DNA of 64,000 nt from Candidatus Dormiibacterota bacterium (GTDB lineage Bacteria > Chloroflexota > Dormibacteria > Aeolococcales > Aeolococcaceae): contig PLOF01000107.1 of NCBI GenBank assembly GCA_003142035.1, positions 31,013 to 95,012 on the forward strand. The letters run 5' to 3'. The position numbers and the translations under genes were made by a program. Below, piece after piece: positions 28,069 to 38,264 of this stretch. The notes under the pieces were generated by a model. That model worked only from the letters and a program-made list of their open reading frames with translations. It made no database searches and was not told where the DNA came from. The first letter of the stretch is position 1. Each line of letters opens with the position of its first letter.

Positions 28069-28740
28069 TCAGGGCTCCTGTGGGGGTGAGGGGGGTAGAT
28101 CGAGGATGGTGGCACCGGCGCCACGGGTCAGGGCGGCGCGGGCCCGGGCGACGCGTCGCATGCGGGAGCGGACCACCAGCGCGAGGACGATCACGACGGC
28201 AGGCGGGAGGGTACGCCAATCGAAGCTCCCGAGCAGCAGGCCGAGGGGGACGGCGACGGTCACCGCGAGGTCGTAGACGCTCCCCCGCATCCGCGTGGTG
28301 ATCGCCACCGGGACGGCGATGATGGCGCAGAGGAGACCGGCGAGGGGCAGGGAGAGCGCCAGCCCCGAGATCAGCGGCACCAGCCCGCGCCCGCCGCGCC
28401 GGAAGCCGATCGGGAATGCGTCTCCCACCACGCACCCGGCGATGGCGCTGGCGGCGAACCAGTCCGTATGGTGGCTGAGGAGGTAGGCGATGAGGCCCAC
28501 GACGCCGCCCTTGAGCAGCTCGATGAGGCCCGCGAGGAGCGCGGTGGAGGGGCCCGCCGCCCGGAGGGTGTCGATCGCCCCCGTACCCCCGAAGAGGCGC
28601 AGGTCGATCCCCTTCTCCCGCCGGACCAGCAGCCACGCGACGGGCAGCGCGCCCACCACGTAGGCGATCACGAAGGCGATGGCGGCGGAGAGAGGCGTCG
28701 CGGTCACGCTCACGGCCACGAGACTAGCTGAGCCAACCAC
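28069..28740 (-). CDS. plsY: glycerol-3-phosphate acyltransferase PlsY-like membrane protein
   Basis: About 5 TM. DLRLFGGTGAIDTLRAAG resembles the PlsY GSGN.GATN.LR motif. 223 aa. Confidence 0.55.
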   Translation of the reverse strand: MVGSASLVAVSVTATPLSAAIAFVIAYVVGALPVAWLLVRREKGIDLRLFGGTGAIDTLRAAGPSTALLAGLIELLKGGVVGLIAYLLSHHTDWFAASAIAGCVVGDAFPIGFRRGGRGLVPLISGLALSLPLAGLLCAIIAVPVAITTRMRGSVYDLAVTVAVPLGLLLGSFDWRTLPPAVVIVLALVVRSRMRRVARARAALTRGAGATILDLPPSPPQEP

Positions 28741-28756
28741 CTCGCGGGGGACCAGA

Positions 28757-29668
28757 ATGGCCCCACCTGTGCCATTGGTCCGCCATCTCTCCCGCTTTCC
28801 CGCCTGGCCGCGCCCGTTCGACCCCGACGCCGAGCTGGACTGGTCGGACCCAGCGTTCAGCCGGCGGCTCCTCGCCGAGCACCTCGACCAGGCTCACGAC
28901 GGGGCCAGCCGGCGCCGCACGCTGATCGAGCGGCACGTCACGCGCCTTCGCCAGCTGCTCCCCGACCCGCCGGCCCACGTCCTGGACGCCGGCTGTGGGC
29001 CCGGCCTGTACGCGGTGGGGCTGGCCGAGCTCGGCTACCGGGTCGACGGCATCGACGTCGGGCCCGCCGTTATCCGGCATGCCCGCAAGGAGGCCCGAGC
29101 CAGCGGGGTGGCGCGTCTCACCCACTTCGAGGTGGGGGACGTCCGCAACCTGCCGCTCGAGCCGCGGTACGACGCGGTCCTCCTCATCTACTACGTCCTC
29201 GAGAATCTCACCGCGCCCCGGCAGGCCGCTGCGCTGCGCCGGCTTGCCGCCTCGCTCCGACCCGGTGGCCGGCTGATCGCAGAGTTCCGGCTGCGGCCCG
29301 ACCAGCTGCCGGGGCGGCTCTCGGCCTGGGAGGTCGCCGACGGCTCTCTGCTCGGGAAGCGCCGCCAGCTCCTGCTCAGCGACAGCGTCTTCGACCGGAC
29401 CCGCAATCTCTTCATCCTCCGCGAGGTCGCGATCTTCCCGGGCGGCCGCGTCGCCGTCCAGCAGACCACCAGCCGGCTGCTGCGCTTCGAGGAGATCCCC
29501 GTCGCCTTCGCCCGGGCCGGGATGCGGGTGACCCACACCTTCGACGGCTGGACCCGTTACCCGGGCAGCCCTCTCTGCGACAGCCTGGTCGTGGTCGGCG
29601 AGCCCGAACCCGGCTCTCCGCCTACTAGCACTCGTCGGGCAGGGTCCCGACCGCCAGCGTCAGGGTGA
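28757..29668 (+). CDS. class I SAM-dependent methyltransferase
   Basis: Motif I VLDAGCGPGLYAVGLAELGYRVDGIDVGP. Start taken at MAPPVPL (28757) to avoid overlap with plsY. The ORF is open from 28679. Confidence 0.7.
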   Translation: MAPPVPLVRHLSRFPAWPRPFDPDAELDWSDPAFSRRLLAEHLDQAHDGASRRRTLIERHVTRLRQLLPDPPAHVLDAGCGPGLYAVGLAELGYRVDGIDVGPAVIRHARKEARASGVARLTHFEVGDVRNLPLEPRYDAVLLIYYVLENLTAPRQAAALRRLAASLRPGGRLIAEFRLRPDQLPGRLSAWEVADGSLLGKRRQLLLSDSVFDRTRNLFILREVAIFPGGRVAVQQTTSRLLRFEEIPVAFARAGMRVTHTFDGWTRYPGSPLCDSLVVVGEPEPGSPPTSTRRAGSRPPASG

Positions 29669-30101
29669 GCTCGGGCGCGTCGCCGAGGGTCAGGGTGGCG
29701 GTGTAGGTCCCGCCCGGGATCGACGCTTCGACCGGCCAGGTCACCTGGTAGGTCGCGGAGGCCCCGTCGGCGAGGGTGACCTCCTCGCACGCGGTGGAGG
29801 GGGCGGCCGCCGAGTAACCACTGTAGACGCTCAGTCCGGTGCCATCGGTGACCACGACCTGGAGCGGTTGGGAGCAGTCGACCTCGAGGGTTGCGGGACC
29901 GGAGGCCGTCTCGGTGAACGTCACCGTGCTTCCGGGGTCGACCTGCGCCTGGTTCGCCGTCGCCACCACCGGAGCTGCTGAGGCAGACGGCATCGCCAGG
30001 GTGGGTGCCGGCCGGCAAGTGGGCGTTGCCGTGGGGACGGCCGCCTCGCTGCCGCACGCAGTGAGGAGGAGGGCGAGGGCGGCGAGGCGGGGGGTGAGCA
30101 T
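29625..30101 (-). CDS. lipoprotein, hypothetical
   Basis: MLTPRLAALALLLTACGSE, a canonical lipobox L-T-A-C. 158 aa, beta-rich, three further Cys. Confidence 0.55.
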   Translation of the reverse strand: MLTPRLAALALLLTACGSEAAVPTATPTCRPAPTLAMPSASAAPVVATANQAQVDPGSTVTFTETASGPATLEVDCSQPLQVVVTDGTGLSVYSGYSAAAPSTACEEVTLADGASATYQVTWPVEASIPGGTYTATLTLGDAPELTLTLAVGTLPDEC

Positions 30102-30251
30102 CCAGAGGGAAGTCTGCCCTCGAACCCTCCTGCGCCGCCAGCCCGCCGGTCAGCCGCCCTCTGCAGCGGACGGAGTGGTGATGCCTCGCAATACCATTGG
30201 CTGCCACCGCCGCCCCAGAGGGGCCGACGTCTCCCAGGAGGTCGTCACGCC

Positions 30252-32333
30252 ATGCCCACGCCAGCACCGGATCGCATTCGCACGGTGGCCGTCGTCGGCC
30301 ACAGCCACGACGGCAAGACCACCCTGTGCGAGGCGCTTCTGCACACGGCGGGGGCGACCCCCCGGTTGGGCTCCACCGACCAGGGCACCTCGATCTTCGA
30401 CTTCGAGCCCGAGGAGCAGCGCCGCTCCATCTCCATCAGCTCCGCCGTCGCCCACTGCGACTGGAAGGAGACCCAGGTCACCCTCATCGACGCACCCGGC
30501 TTCCAGGACTTCGCCGGCGAGGTCGCCAGCGCTCTTGCCGGTGCCGACGCCGCCGTCCTGGTGGTGAGCGCCCACGGCTCGGTTCCCGTCGGCGCCGAGC
30601 TGGCCTGGGAGATGATCACGGCGGCTGGTCTCCCCTGCCTCATCGTGGTCAACCGGATGGATCGCGAGAACGCGGCGTACGAGGCCACCGTCAATGCGCT
30701 CCGGGATGCCTTCGGGCGGAAGGTGATCGCCGTCGTGGTTCCCATCGGGGCGGCGGAATCGCTACAGGGCTACGTGGACCTGGTCGACGGCACCGCCCAC
30801 CTTTACGGGACTGACGGCGGCGCCGTCGCCACCGAGATCCCTGCAGCCATGAGCGGTGAGATCGAGCGGGCCCGGAGCGCCCTCATGGACGCGGCCGCCG
30901 AGACGGACGACTCGCTCATCGAGAAGTACCTGGAGGGCACCGAGCTCTCCTCCGACGAGGTCCGCGATGCTGTCCACCGCGGTGCCGCCACCGGCACGCT
31001 GGTGCCGGTCATCTGCGCGGCGGCGATCGGCGCCCGCGGCGCGGCCCTTGTCCTGGACAGCATCGTCCGCTTCCTCCCCTCGCCCAAAGAGCGGGTGCGT
31101 CGCGGCACCGACGGCGCCGGCAAGGAGGTCGAGATCCGCTGTGACCCGGCGGGCTCCCTGGTCGCCCAGGTTTTCCGGACCGCCGTGGACAACTTCGGCA
31201 AGCTCTCCTACGTTCGTGTCCTGCGCGGCACGCTGCGGGGCGACACCCACCCCTACAACGCGAGCCGCAAGAGCGAGGAGCGCTTCGCCCAGCTCGGCCG
31301 CCCGATGGGCAAGCAGGTGGTGCCCGCCGGGGAGGTCGGTGCCGGTGAGATCGCGGTGCTGACCAAGCTCCAGGCCACCGCGACCGGGGACACCCTCTGC
31401 GACCGCGCCTCGCCGGTCGTGCTTCCCGCGATCACGCTGCCCACCGCCGCATATTCGGGGGCGATCAGCGCCAAGACCAAGGGCGACGACGACAAGATCA
31501 TGCAGTCGATGGCGCGCCTCGGCGAGGAGGACCCCACCTTCTCGATCGACCGCGATCCGGTGACCCAGGAGGTCATCGCCCACGGCCTCGGCGACGTCCA
31601 TCTGGACGTGGTGCTCGAGAAGATGAAGCGCAAGTACGGCGTGGACGCGACCATTCACGCACCGCGCATCCCCTACCGGGAGACCATCAACGGCACAGCA
31701 CGGGTGCAGCACCGCTACAAGAAGCAGTCAGGCGGGGCGGGCCTCTTTGGCGACTGCACCATCGAGATCGAGCCTCTGCCTCGCGGCAGCGGCTTCGAAT
31801 GGCAGGACAAGATCTTCGGCGGGTCCATCCCCCAGCAGTTCCGGCCCTCCGTGGAGAAGGGCGTCCGGCAGACCATCGAGCAGGGGGCGATCAGCGGCAA
31901 CCCGGTCGTCGACGTCAGGGTGCGCCTGGTCGACGGCTCCACCCACCCCGTCGACGGCAAGGACATCGCCTTCCAGATCGCCGGTTCGATGGCCATGCGC
32001 GAGGCGGTGCAGAAGGCCTCTCCCGTGCTGCTCGAACCGATCGTGATCGTGAAAGTCCTGGTCCCCGAGCGCTTCACCGGCGACGTCATCGGTCTCTTCA
32101 ACGCCCGGCGTGGACGGGTCGCGGGGATGAACCCGCTCGGCGACGGCCGCTCCGAGGTGACCGCCCAGGTGCCCCAGGCGGAGATGTTCACCTTCCCCAT
32201 CGACCTCCGCGCCCTCACCCAGGGCCGGGGCCGCTATGCCACCGAGCCGTCCCACTATGAGGAGGTTCCGGCGCACGTGGCCCAGCAGCTCATCGAGGCA
32301 CACCAGAAGGAGCACGCCGCACCCTCCGTGTGA
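30252..32333 (+). CDS. elongation factor G family GTPase (EF-G paralogue)
   Basis: G1 VGHSHDGKTT, G3 DAPG, G4 NRMD. Full EF-G domain II-V architecture. 693 aa, shorter N-terminus than canonical FusA. Confidence 0.8.
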   Translation: MPTPAPDRIRTVAVVGHSHDGKTTLCEALLHTAGATPRLGSTDQGTSIFDFEPEEQRRSISISSAVAHCDWKETQVTLIDAPGFQDFAGEVASALAGADAAVLVVSAHGSVPVGAELAWEMITAAGLPCLIVVNRMDRENAAYEATVNALRDAFGRKVIAVVVPIGAAESLQGYVDLVDGTAHLYGTDGGAVATEIPAAMSGEIERARSALMDAAAETDDSLIEKYLEGTELSSDEVRDAVHRGAATGTLVPVICAAAIGARGAALVLDSIVRFLPSPKERVRRGTDGAGKEVEIRCDPAGSLVAQVFRTAVDNFGKLSYVRVLRGTLRGDTHPYNASRKSEERFAQLGRPMGKQVVPAGEVGAGEIAVLTKLQATATGDTLCDRASPVVLPAITLPTAAYSGAISAKTKGDDDKIMQSMARLGEEDPTFSIDRDPVTQEVIAHGLGDVHLDVVLEKMKRKYGVDATIHAPRIPYRETINGTARVQHRYKKQSGGAGLFGDCTIEIEPLPRGSGFEWQDKIFGGSIPQQFRPSVEKGVRQTIEQGAISGNPVVDVRVRLVDGSTHPVDGKDIAFQIAGSMAMREAVQKASPVLLEPIVIVKVLVPERFTGDVIGLFNARRGRVAGMNPLGDGRSEVTAQVPQAEMFTFPIDLRALTQGRGRYATEPSHYEEVPAHVAQQLIEAHQKEHAAPSV

Positions 32334-32338
32334 GCCGC

Positions 32339-33721
32339 CTAGGCGGTCACCCCCACGGCCGGCGCGTCGTCACGAGCGGGTGAATCGGCCGGCGCCGTCT
32401 CCCGCCGCAGCCTCCGGGCCAGGGCGATGGACAGCCACAGGACGCTCGCGCAAGGCAGCGAGCAGAGCTGGAGGAAGGGCCACCAGCCCGGCGTCCGGCT
32501 GACCGCCACGATCCCGTTCATGCTGAGGCCGGAGATCGCCAGGGGGGCGACGAGCCCGAAGACGATCAGCACCCCCGCCGCGGCCAGGGCGGTCGATCGC
32601 TCTGCGCGCCACCCGCGCGCGGCGACCAGGCCGAGGACGCAGACGAGCGGGATGATGAGATGCATGAAATGCGCGTACCAGGCGACGCCGCCGGCCAGCA
32701 GCATCGCCGTGATCGCCAACCCGAATTCGGCTCCCCTCTCCTCGGAGGACCGCCACTCCGGCCGCACCGCCCAGCCCGCGAGCCCCACGACGAGCAGTGC
32801 CGCCACGATGTTGGCCACCTGAACCGGCCAGGAGGTCGGCTGCACCACCAGGACCGATTGGTACGCCACGCGGCTGATGGCGCCGCCCAGAGACTGGTTG
32901 TAGATCCACCCCGTGGCGCGGTTGAGGCCGGGCAAGACCTTGGTCACAAAGGTGACCGCCGCCCCTCCCCCCACGGCGAGGGTTCCCAGGATCAGGGTGA
33001 CCATGCCGGTCGACACCATCGCAGCGGTTCCGCGCCACCAGCGGCGCCGGATCAGCACGATCAGGAAGATGACCGGGGCGATCTTGATCCCGGCGGCCAG
33101 ACCGAGGAGGATGCCGGCGGTCACCTGGCGATCGCGGACGTAGGACCAGTAGGAGATCGCGAGCAGGAGGAAGATCACCGGATTGATCTGTCCGTGCCAG
33201 TAGTTGTAGGCGGCCGGGGCGAATGCCACGGCCGCCAGGATCGCCAGCTCGACTCTCGGCCACGACTTCGGCAGGGCGGTTCGGGCGACCACTATTGCGC
33301 CGGCGACGGCGCAGGCGAGGGTGAGCCACAGCCAGACGAGCGTCGCCGCCCGGGTGCTGAGCAGCGCCAGCGGGCGGACCAGAAGCGCGGCGAAAGGCGG
33401 GTATACGAAGCCCGTCTCGGTCACGGGGGCAGAGCTGAAACTCGCATAGGCTGAGCCGCCGGCGGCCATCGACCGCGCCGCGCCGAGGTAGGCGGAGAAG
33501 TCTTCGAAGGGCCCTCCGAAATGCCCGGTCAGCGGTTGGATCACGAAGGAGAAGAGGGCCACCGCGGAGATGGCGACCGTCGCCAGGAGCAGGAGGAGGC
33601 GGATGCGCCGCAGCCGTGGGGAGCGCTGGCGACCCCGGACGGCGCGCTCCGGCGCCACACGAGTGATCACGGGCCGGATGGTACGGCCGCCGCCCCCTGG
33701 GCTAAGACCCCGTCGCGCCAT
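32339..33721 (-). CDS. GT87/DUF2029 family membrane glycosyltransferase (mannosyltransferase-like)
   Basis: Polytopic membrane protein with more than 10 TM. Conserved GFVYPPF motif typical of PimE-type GT-C enzymes. Confidence 0.65.
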   Translation of the reverse strand: MARRGLSPGGGGRTIRPVITRVAPERAVRGRQRSPRLRRIRLLLLLATVAISAVALFSFVIQPLTGHFGGPFEDFSAYLGAARSMAAGGSAYASFSSAPVTETGFVYPPFAALLVRPLALLSTRAATLVWLWLTLACAVAGAIVVARTALPKSWPRVELAILAAVAFAPAAYNYWHGQINPVIFLLLAISYWSYVRDRQVTAGILLGLAAGIKIAPVIFLIVLIRRRWWRGTAAMVSTGMVTLILGTLAVGGGAAVTFVTKVLPGLNRATGWIYNQSLGGAISRVAYQSVLVVQPTSWPVQVANIVAALLVVGLAGWAVRPEWRSSEERGAEFGLAITAMLLAGGVAWYAHFMHLIIPLVCVLGLVAARGWRAERSTALAAAGVLIVFGLVAPLAISGLSMNGIVAVSRTPGWWPFLQLCSLPCASVLWLSIALARRLRRETAPADSPARDDAPAVGVTA

Positions 33722-33815
33722 CGTGACCGGCCCGCTGCCACGGCCAGGTGCGGCTCTGGGCGAGGGTCACCAGGAGCGCGACCAGCAGGGCGAGCGCCGT
33801 CCACGGCTCCGGTCT

Positions 33816-34730
33816 CTACGGGCGGATGGCCTCTGCGAAGGTGAAGGGATGGTGGTAGCGGAAGGCCTCGTCCTCCCCGAGCTGCTCCATCCGTTCGGTG
33901 AGGTCGGCTTCGAAGTCCGCCCGCACCGATGGCCCCAGGACCGAGAGCAGCGCGTGGGACGAGGGCCCCGCACCCATCATCAGGTCGGTCCACTCTCGTG
34001 CCGCCGCCGCTCTCCCCCCCGTCACCATCATCGTGGTCACGACGTCGGTGAAACCTGCGGACGCGAGCAGGTGGGCGAGCACCTCGGGCTCGCCCAACCG
34101 GTTCCGGTCGCCGGGGGGGCGGGGGACCACCACGGGGTGCCGGAGCTCCAGGGCCACGAGCCGCTCGTGGAACACCTCCTGAGCGGGCGTTGAGAGGGCA
34201 CGGTCGAGCACGGAGACGGCGATCCGTGAGCCGCGCCGCAGCACCCGATGCGCCTCCTCGAGGGCGCGTCGCGGGTCGGAGAGATAAGGGAGGGAGTCGC
34301 CGATGGTGACCACGTCGAACGTGCAGTCGCTGAAGACCAGCGCCTCGGCGGGAACGTGGAAGAAACGCACGTGGGGGGAGGCGCGCCGCTGGGCGACCTC
34401 CAGGAGGCGTTTGGCGATGTCGACTCCGAACGCCTCGCCCGAGGTGCCCATCCGCTCGGCCGCCATCTGGGTGACCAGGCCTGTGCCGCAGCCGACGTCG
34501 AGCAGGCGCTCGCCGGGAAGAGGCGATGCGATCTCGACCAGGCGAGCGCCCAGCCGGCGGTGGATGCCCGAGGACCAGTCGTCGTAGGCGTCATTGATGG
34601 CGTCGTAGTAGGCCTCGAGGTGGCGGGCGTAACGAGTCGCCGACGGCCACTCCCGATCGGGGGGGGCAGGGGGTACCGGAGCGGTAGACTGACCAACCTG
34701 TCCATCGGCGTAGGGGAAGGATTCAGACAT
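33816..34730 (-). CDS. class I SAM-dependent methyltransferase
   Basis: From MSESFPYADG: motif I LLDVGCGTGLVTQMAAERMG. The ORF is open to 35024, but that overlaps the divergent bactofilin gene. Confidence 0.7.
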   Translation of the reverse strand: MSESFPYADGQVGQSTAPVPPAPPDREWPSATRYARHLEAYYDAINDAYDDWSSGIHRRLGARLVEIASPLPGERLLDVGCGTGLVTQMAAERMGTSGEAFGVDIAKRLLEVAQRRASPHVRFFHVPAEALVFSDCTFDVVTIGDSLPYLSDPRRALEEAHRVLRRGSRIAVSVLDRALSTPAQEVFHERLVALELRHPVVVPRPPGDRNRLGEPEVLAHLLASAGFTDVVTTMMVTGGRAAAAREWTDLMMGAGPSSHALLSVLGPSVRADFEADLTERMEQLGEDEAFRYHHPFTFAEAIRP

Positions 34731-35151
34731 GGACCAGACCGCAGACAAGATCAACGCAACCCCGGAGGCGAAAGAGTCAGTGGTGATATCCAAACCGGAC
34801 GGAAAGCGCCCCGGCGAGAACTCTAGCGGCGGCACGGTCACCCTCGGCGCCGATGACCGCCTCGAGGGGAAGTTGATCATCCGCAGCGATCTGGTCGTGT
34901 TCGGCAGCATCGACGGTGAGGTGATCACCACCGGCGACGTGACTGTCGAAGCCTCTGCCGTCGTGAAGGCCCGGCTCGAGTGTCGCAACCTGAGCATCCG
35001 TGGCCGGGTCGAGGGCGAGGTCACCGCTCAGCAGCGGCTCCGTCTTGCCGGTTCCGGGTACCTCCAGGGGAGCATCCGGGTGGGCAAGCTCCACGTCGAG
35101 GATGGGGCCACCTTCAATGGCTCGATCGCGATGGTGGGCGGCGAAAGCTAG
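34729..35151 (+). CDS. bactofilin (CcmA-like polymer-forming cytoskeletal protein)
   Basis: DUF583 beta-helix repeats: LEGKLIIRSDLVVFGSIDGEVITTGDVTVEASAVVKARLEC...VEGEV. 140 aa. Confidence 0.8.
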   Translation: MDQTADKINATPEAKESVVISKPDGKRPGENSSGGTVTLGADDRLEGKLIIRSDLVVFGSIDGEVITTGDVTVEASAVVKARLECRNLSIRGRVEGEVTAQQRLRLAGSGYLQGSIRVGKLHVEDGATFNGSIAMVGGES

Positions 35152-35166
35152 CCGCTCTTTCGCGGG

Positions 35167-35209
35167 GAGAGGTCGCGTCGCCCTCGGGCGGCGCGGCCTC
35201 TCTTTGTGT
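35167..35209. terminator. bidirectional intrinsic terminator-like hairpin between bactofilin (+) and the small peptide ORF (-)
   Basis: GAGAGGTCGCG...CGCGGCCTCTC long GC stem followed by TTTGTGT. Confidence 0.5.
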
Positions 35210-35221
35210 CGTGGGGCGTTC

Positions 35222-35370
35222 TAGCCGACGAGGGCAGATAGCCCCCACACGACGAGCGCTCCCAGCACGGAGATCAGGCTCACCGCCAGCACGATGGCGT
35301 GGCGACTCGCCGTCCCGTAACCGGCGGCAACCCGGGGCTCGGTGGGGAAGCTGGCGGTGTGGAGGGTCAT
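35222..35370 (-). CDS. possible 49-aa hydrophobic membrane peptide
   Basis: MTLHTASFPTEPRVAAGYGTASRHAIVLAVSLISVLGALVVWGLSALVG. Below the ORF-track length cutoff. Single TM. Followed by a 250-nt low-GC promoter region. Confidence 0.3.
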
Positions 35371-35559
35371 GCAAGGTATACGTCGCCCGAACCCCCGCGG
35401 TTACGTGCCTCAGCACCCCCAATTCAGGGTGCCGCCGGGGGGAGGGCCGGGAGTCCCACGTTCTCTGTTTGGCTTGATCGCGTCGTTACACGTTTTCGCT
35501 GTGTGCGGCGCGCCACCGTCGGAATTCGGCTGAATTCAACCTGATCGGGCGGAGTGTGC

Positions 35560-35565
35560 TTACAA
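35560..35565 (+). promoter_or_regulatory. -10 hexamer TACAAT upstream of the small zinc-ribbon gene
   Basis: TACAAT lies about 60 nt upstream of ATG 35625 in a locally AT-richer region with a GAATTCGGCT/GAATTCAACC direct repeat. SD AGGAGAGGA precedes the ATG. Confidence 0.35.
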
Positions 35566-35624
35566 TCCCGGGCAAGTCGCCGGGCGGACCCGGCTCGTTC
35601 CAGCCCGATCCAGGAGAGGAACCG

Positions 35625-35777
35625 ATGGCAGTTTCCGGCTACTGTCTCAAGTGCAAGAAGCAGACTGAGATCAAGGATGCGCAGGCGATCACGATGAAGA
35701 ACGGCAAACCGGCCACGACCGGCACCTGCCCCACCTGCGGGACCAAGATCTTCAAGATCGGCAAGGCCGAGGTCTGA
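35625..35777 (+). CDS. small zinc-ribbon protein (DUF5679-like)
   Basis: MAVSGYCLKCKKQTEIKDAQAITMKNGKPATTGTCPTCGTKIFKIGKAEV with CxxC...CxxC. Strong SD. Lower-GC codon usage. The longer ORF from 35556 lacks an RBS. Confidence 0.6.
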   Translation: MAVSGYCLKCKKQTEIKDAQAITMKNGKPATTGTCPTCGTKIFKIGKAEV

Positions 35778-35801
35778 CGCGAGGGGGGCTGACGCCCCCT
35801 T

Positions 35802-38264
35802 CTAGTCCACCTCCAGCACGTCGGCCCGGCCCACGCCGGCCATCGAGCCGACGCGGTCTCCTTCGGCGAGCCGCATGATGATCACGCCGCGGGTCTGACG
35901 GCCTGACACCCGCACCTGTGCTAGCGGGATCCGGATCACCTGGCCCTTCGTCGAGACCACCATCAGCTCCTCGGAGAGGTCTTCGACCACCCGCATCCCC
36001 ACGATCTCGCCGATCTTGGGGATGGCGTTCTGGTCGACTGTGTAGACCCCCTGGATGTTGCGGCTCTTGACCGGATAGTCCTCCATCGGGGTCAGCTTGC
36101 CGAAGCCCAGCTGGGTCACCACCAGGACGTGACCGCGCGGGTTCACGATGTCGAAGCCGGCCACTTCGTCCCCGGAACGCAGCCTGATCGCTCCCACGCC
36201 CATGGTGTCCCGCCCCATCGGGCGGACCTCCTTCTCCGAGAACCGGGCGCCCTTGCCCTGACGGGTGACCACGAGCAGCTCATCGCCGCCCGCCGAGATC
36301 CTCACCCAGTCCAGCTCATCGCCCTCCTGGAGGTTGATGGCGATCAGCCCATTGCGCCGCACTGCGGAGTAGGCGGCCGACGGGGTCTTCTTGATCTGGC
36401 CCAGCCGGGTCGCCATCACCAGGTACTGCTCGTCGGAGAAGCCGTCGACCGCGATCAGGGCAGTGATCCGCTCACCCTGGTCGATCTCGATGAGATTGAT
36501 GATCGGGAGCCCCTTGGCCTGGCGCTTGACGTCCGGGATCTCGTGGGTTCGCAGCCGGAAGACCCGCCCCCGGTTGGTGAAGAAGAGCATGTCGCTGTGC
36601 GTCGAGGCGGTGGTGGAGTGCTCGGCGTAGTCCTGTTCGGTGGAGCGCTTGGCCCCGACCACCCCGCGGCCGCCGCGGTGCTGGGCCCGGTAGCTGTCCA
36701 CCGGGATGCGCTTGATGTAACCGCGGTGGGTCAGGGTGACGAAGACCTGCTCCTTGGGAATCAGGTCCTCCTCGTTGAGATCGACGTCCCCGTACCGGAT
36801 CTCGGTGCGCCGGGGATCGGCGAAGCGCTTGCGGAGCTCGGCCAGCTCGTCCTTGATGAGCTGGTCCACCAGGCGGGGGTTGGCGAGGATGTCCTCGAAG
36901 CGGCCGATCTCCTTGATGAGGCCCTCGTACTCCTCCTGGATCTTGCCCGCCTCCAGGCGGGTCAGGCGGCCCAGGCGCAGGTCGACGATCGCCTTGGACT
37001 GCCGCTCACTCAGCTGGAAGCGCTGCTCCAGCGCGGTCTGGGCCGCCTTCTCATCCTGGGCAGCCCGGATCAGCGCGATCACCTCGTCGATGTGGTCGAG
37101 GCACTTGAGCAGCCCCTCCAGGATGTGCGCCCGCTCCCGTGCCCTCCCCAGGAGGTAGCGGGTGCGCCGGACCACGACCTGGCGCCGGAACTCGACGAAG
37201 GGCTGAAGGATCGCCTTCAACCCGAGGACCTGGGGCCGGCCGTCGACCAGCGCCAGCATCAGGGCTCCGAAGGTGTACTGGAGCTGCGTGTGCTTGTAGA
37301 GGTTGTTGAGCACCGTGTGGGGCCGCGCGGTCTGCTTCAGCTCGATGACGATCCGGGTGCTCTCGGTGCGGCCGGACTCGTCCCGAAGGTCGGCGATCCC
37401 CTCGATCTTCTTGTCGTTGACCAGCTCCGCGATGTTCGCCAGCAGGCGCGCCTTGTTGACCTGGTAGGGGAGCTCGCGGACGATGATCTGCTCCCGCCCG
37501 TTGCGCGACTCCTCGAACTCGACCTGGGCGCGCATGACGATCCGCCCGTGGCCGGTCGCGTACACCTGGGCGATGTCGCGGGCGTAGATCATCGCGCCGG
37601 TCGGGAAGTCGGGCCCGGGGATGATCCTGACCAGGTCCTCGGTGCTGATCTCCGGGTCGTCGATGAGCCGGACCAGCGCGTCGCAGACCTCGCCGAGGTT
37701 GTGGGGTGGGATGTTGGTCGCCATGCCGACGGCGATCCCGCTGGCACCGTTGACCAGCAGGTTGGGCAACAGCGCGGGGAGCACGCTCGGCTGCAGGACC
37801 GTGGGGTCGGCAAGGTAGGTCTCGACCATGTCGACCGTGTCCTTGTCGATGTCCTCGACCATGGTCATGGCGACCGCCGACATCTTGGCCTCGGTGTAGC
37901 GCTGTGCCGCCGGGGGGTCGCCGTCCACCGAGCCGAAGTTGCCCTGACCGGTGACCAGCGGATAGCGCATCACCCAGGGCTGGACCAGTCGCGCCAAGGT
38001 GTCGTAGATCGACTGGTCGCCGTGCGGGTGATAGTTCTTCATCACCTCGCCGACGATCGCCGCCGACTTCTTGGTCCGGCCGCCGGCGGTGATGCCCTCC
38101 TGGAGCATCGCGTAGAGGATGCGCCGCTGGACCGGCTTGAGGCCATCGCGCACGTCGGGCAGCGCCCGGCTCACGATGACGCTCATCGCGTAGTCCATGT
38201 AGCTCTGGCGCATCTCAACCTCGAGGTCGATGGGCTGGATGTCGCCGGGGTGGAAGACGCTCAT
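35802..38264 (-). CDS. gyrA: DNA gyrase subunit A
   Basis: [29 protein letters not shown] with active-site Tyr region, and C-terminal beta-pinwheel repeats. 820 aa. Confidence 0.95.
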   Translation of the reverse strand: MSVFHPGDIQPIDLEVEMRQSYMDYAMSVIVSRALPDVRDGLKPVQRRILYAMLQEGITAGGRTKKSAAIVGEVMKNYHPHGDQSIYDTLARLVQPWVMRYPLVTGQGNFGSVDGDPPAAQRYTEAKMSAVAMTMVEDIDKDTVDMVETYLADPTVLQPSVLPALLPNLLVNGASGIAVGMATNIPPHNLGEVCDALVRLIDDPEISTEDLVRIIPGPDFPTGAMIYARDIAQVYATGHGRIVMRAQVEFEESRNGREQIIVRELPYQVNKARLLANIAELVNDKKIEGIADLRDESGRTESTRIVIELKQTARPHTVLNNLYKHTQLQYTFGALMLALVDGRPQVLGLKAILQPFVEFRRQVVVRRTRYLLGRARERAHILEGLLKCLDHIDEVIALIRAAQDEKAAQTALEQRFQLSERQSKAIVDLRLGRLTRLEAGKIQEEYEGLIKEIGRFEDILANPRLVDQLIKDELAELRKRFADPRRTEIRYGDVDLNEEDLIPKEQVFVTLTHRGYIKRIPVDSYRAQHRGGRGVVGAKRSTEQDYAEHSTTASTHSDMLFFTNRGRVFRLRTHEIPDVKRQAKGLPIINLIEIDQGERITALIAVDGFSDEQYLVMATRLGQIKKTPSAAYSAVRRNGLIAINLQEGDELDWVRISAGGDELLVVTRQGKGARFSEKEVRPMGRDTMGVGAIRLRSGDEVAGFDIVNPRGHVLVVTQLGFGKLTPMEDYPVKSRNIQGVYTVDQNAIPKIGEIVGMRVVEDLSEELMVVSTKGQVIRIPLAQVRVSGRQTRGVIIMRLAEGDRVGSMAGVGRADVLEVD

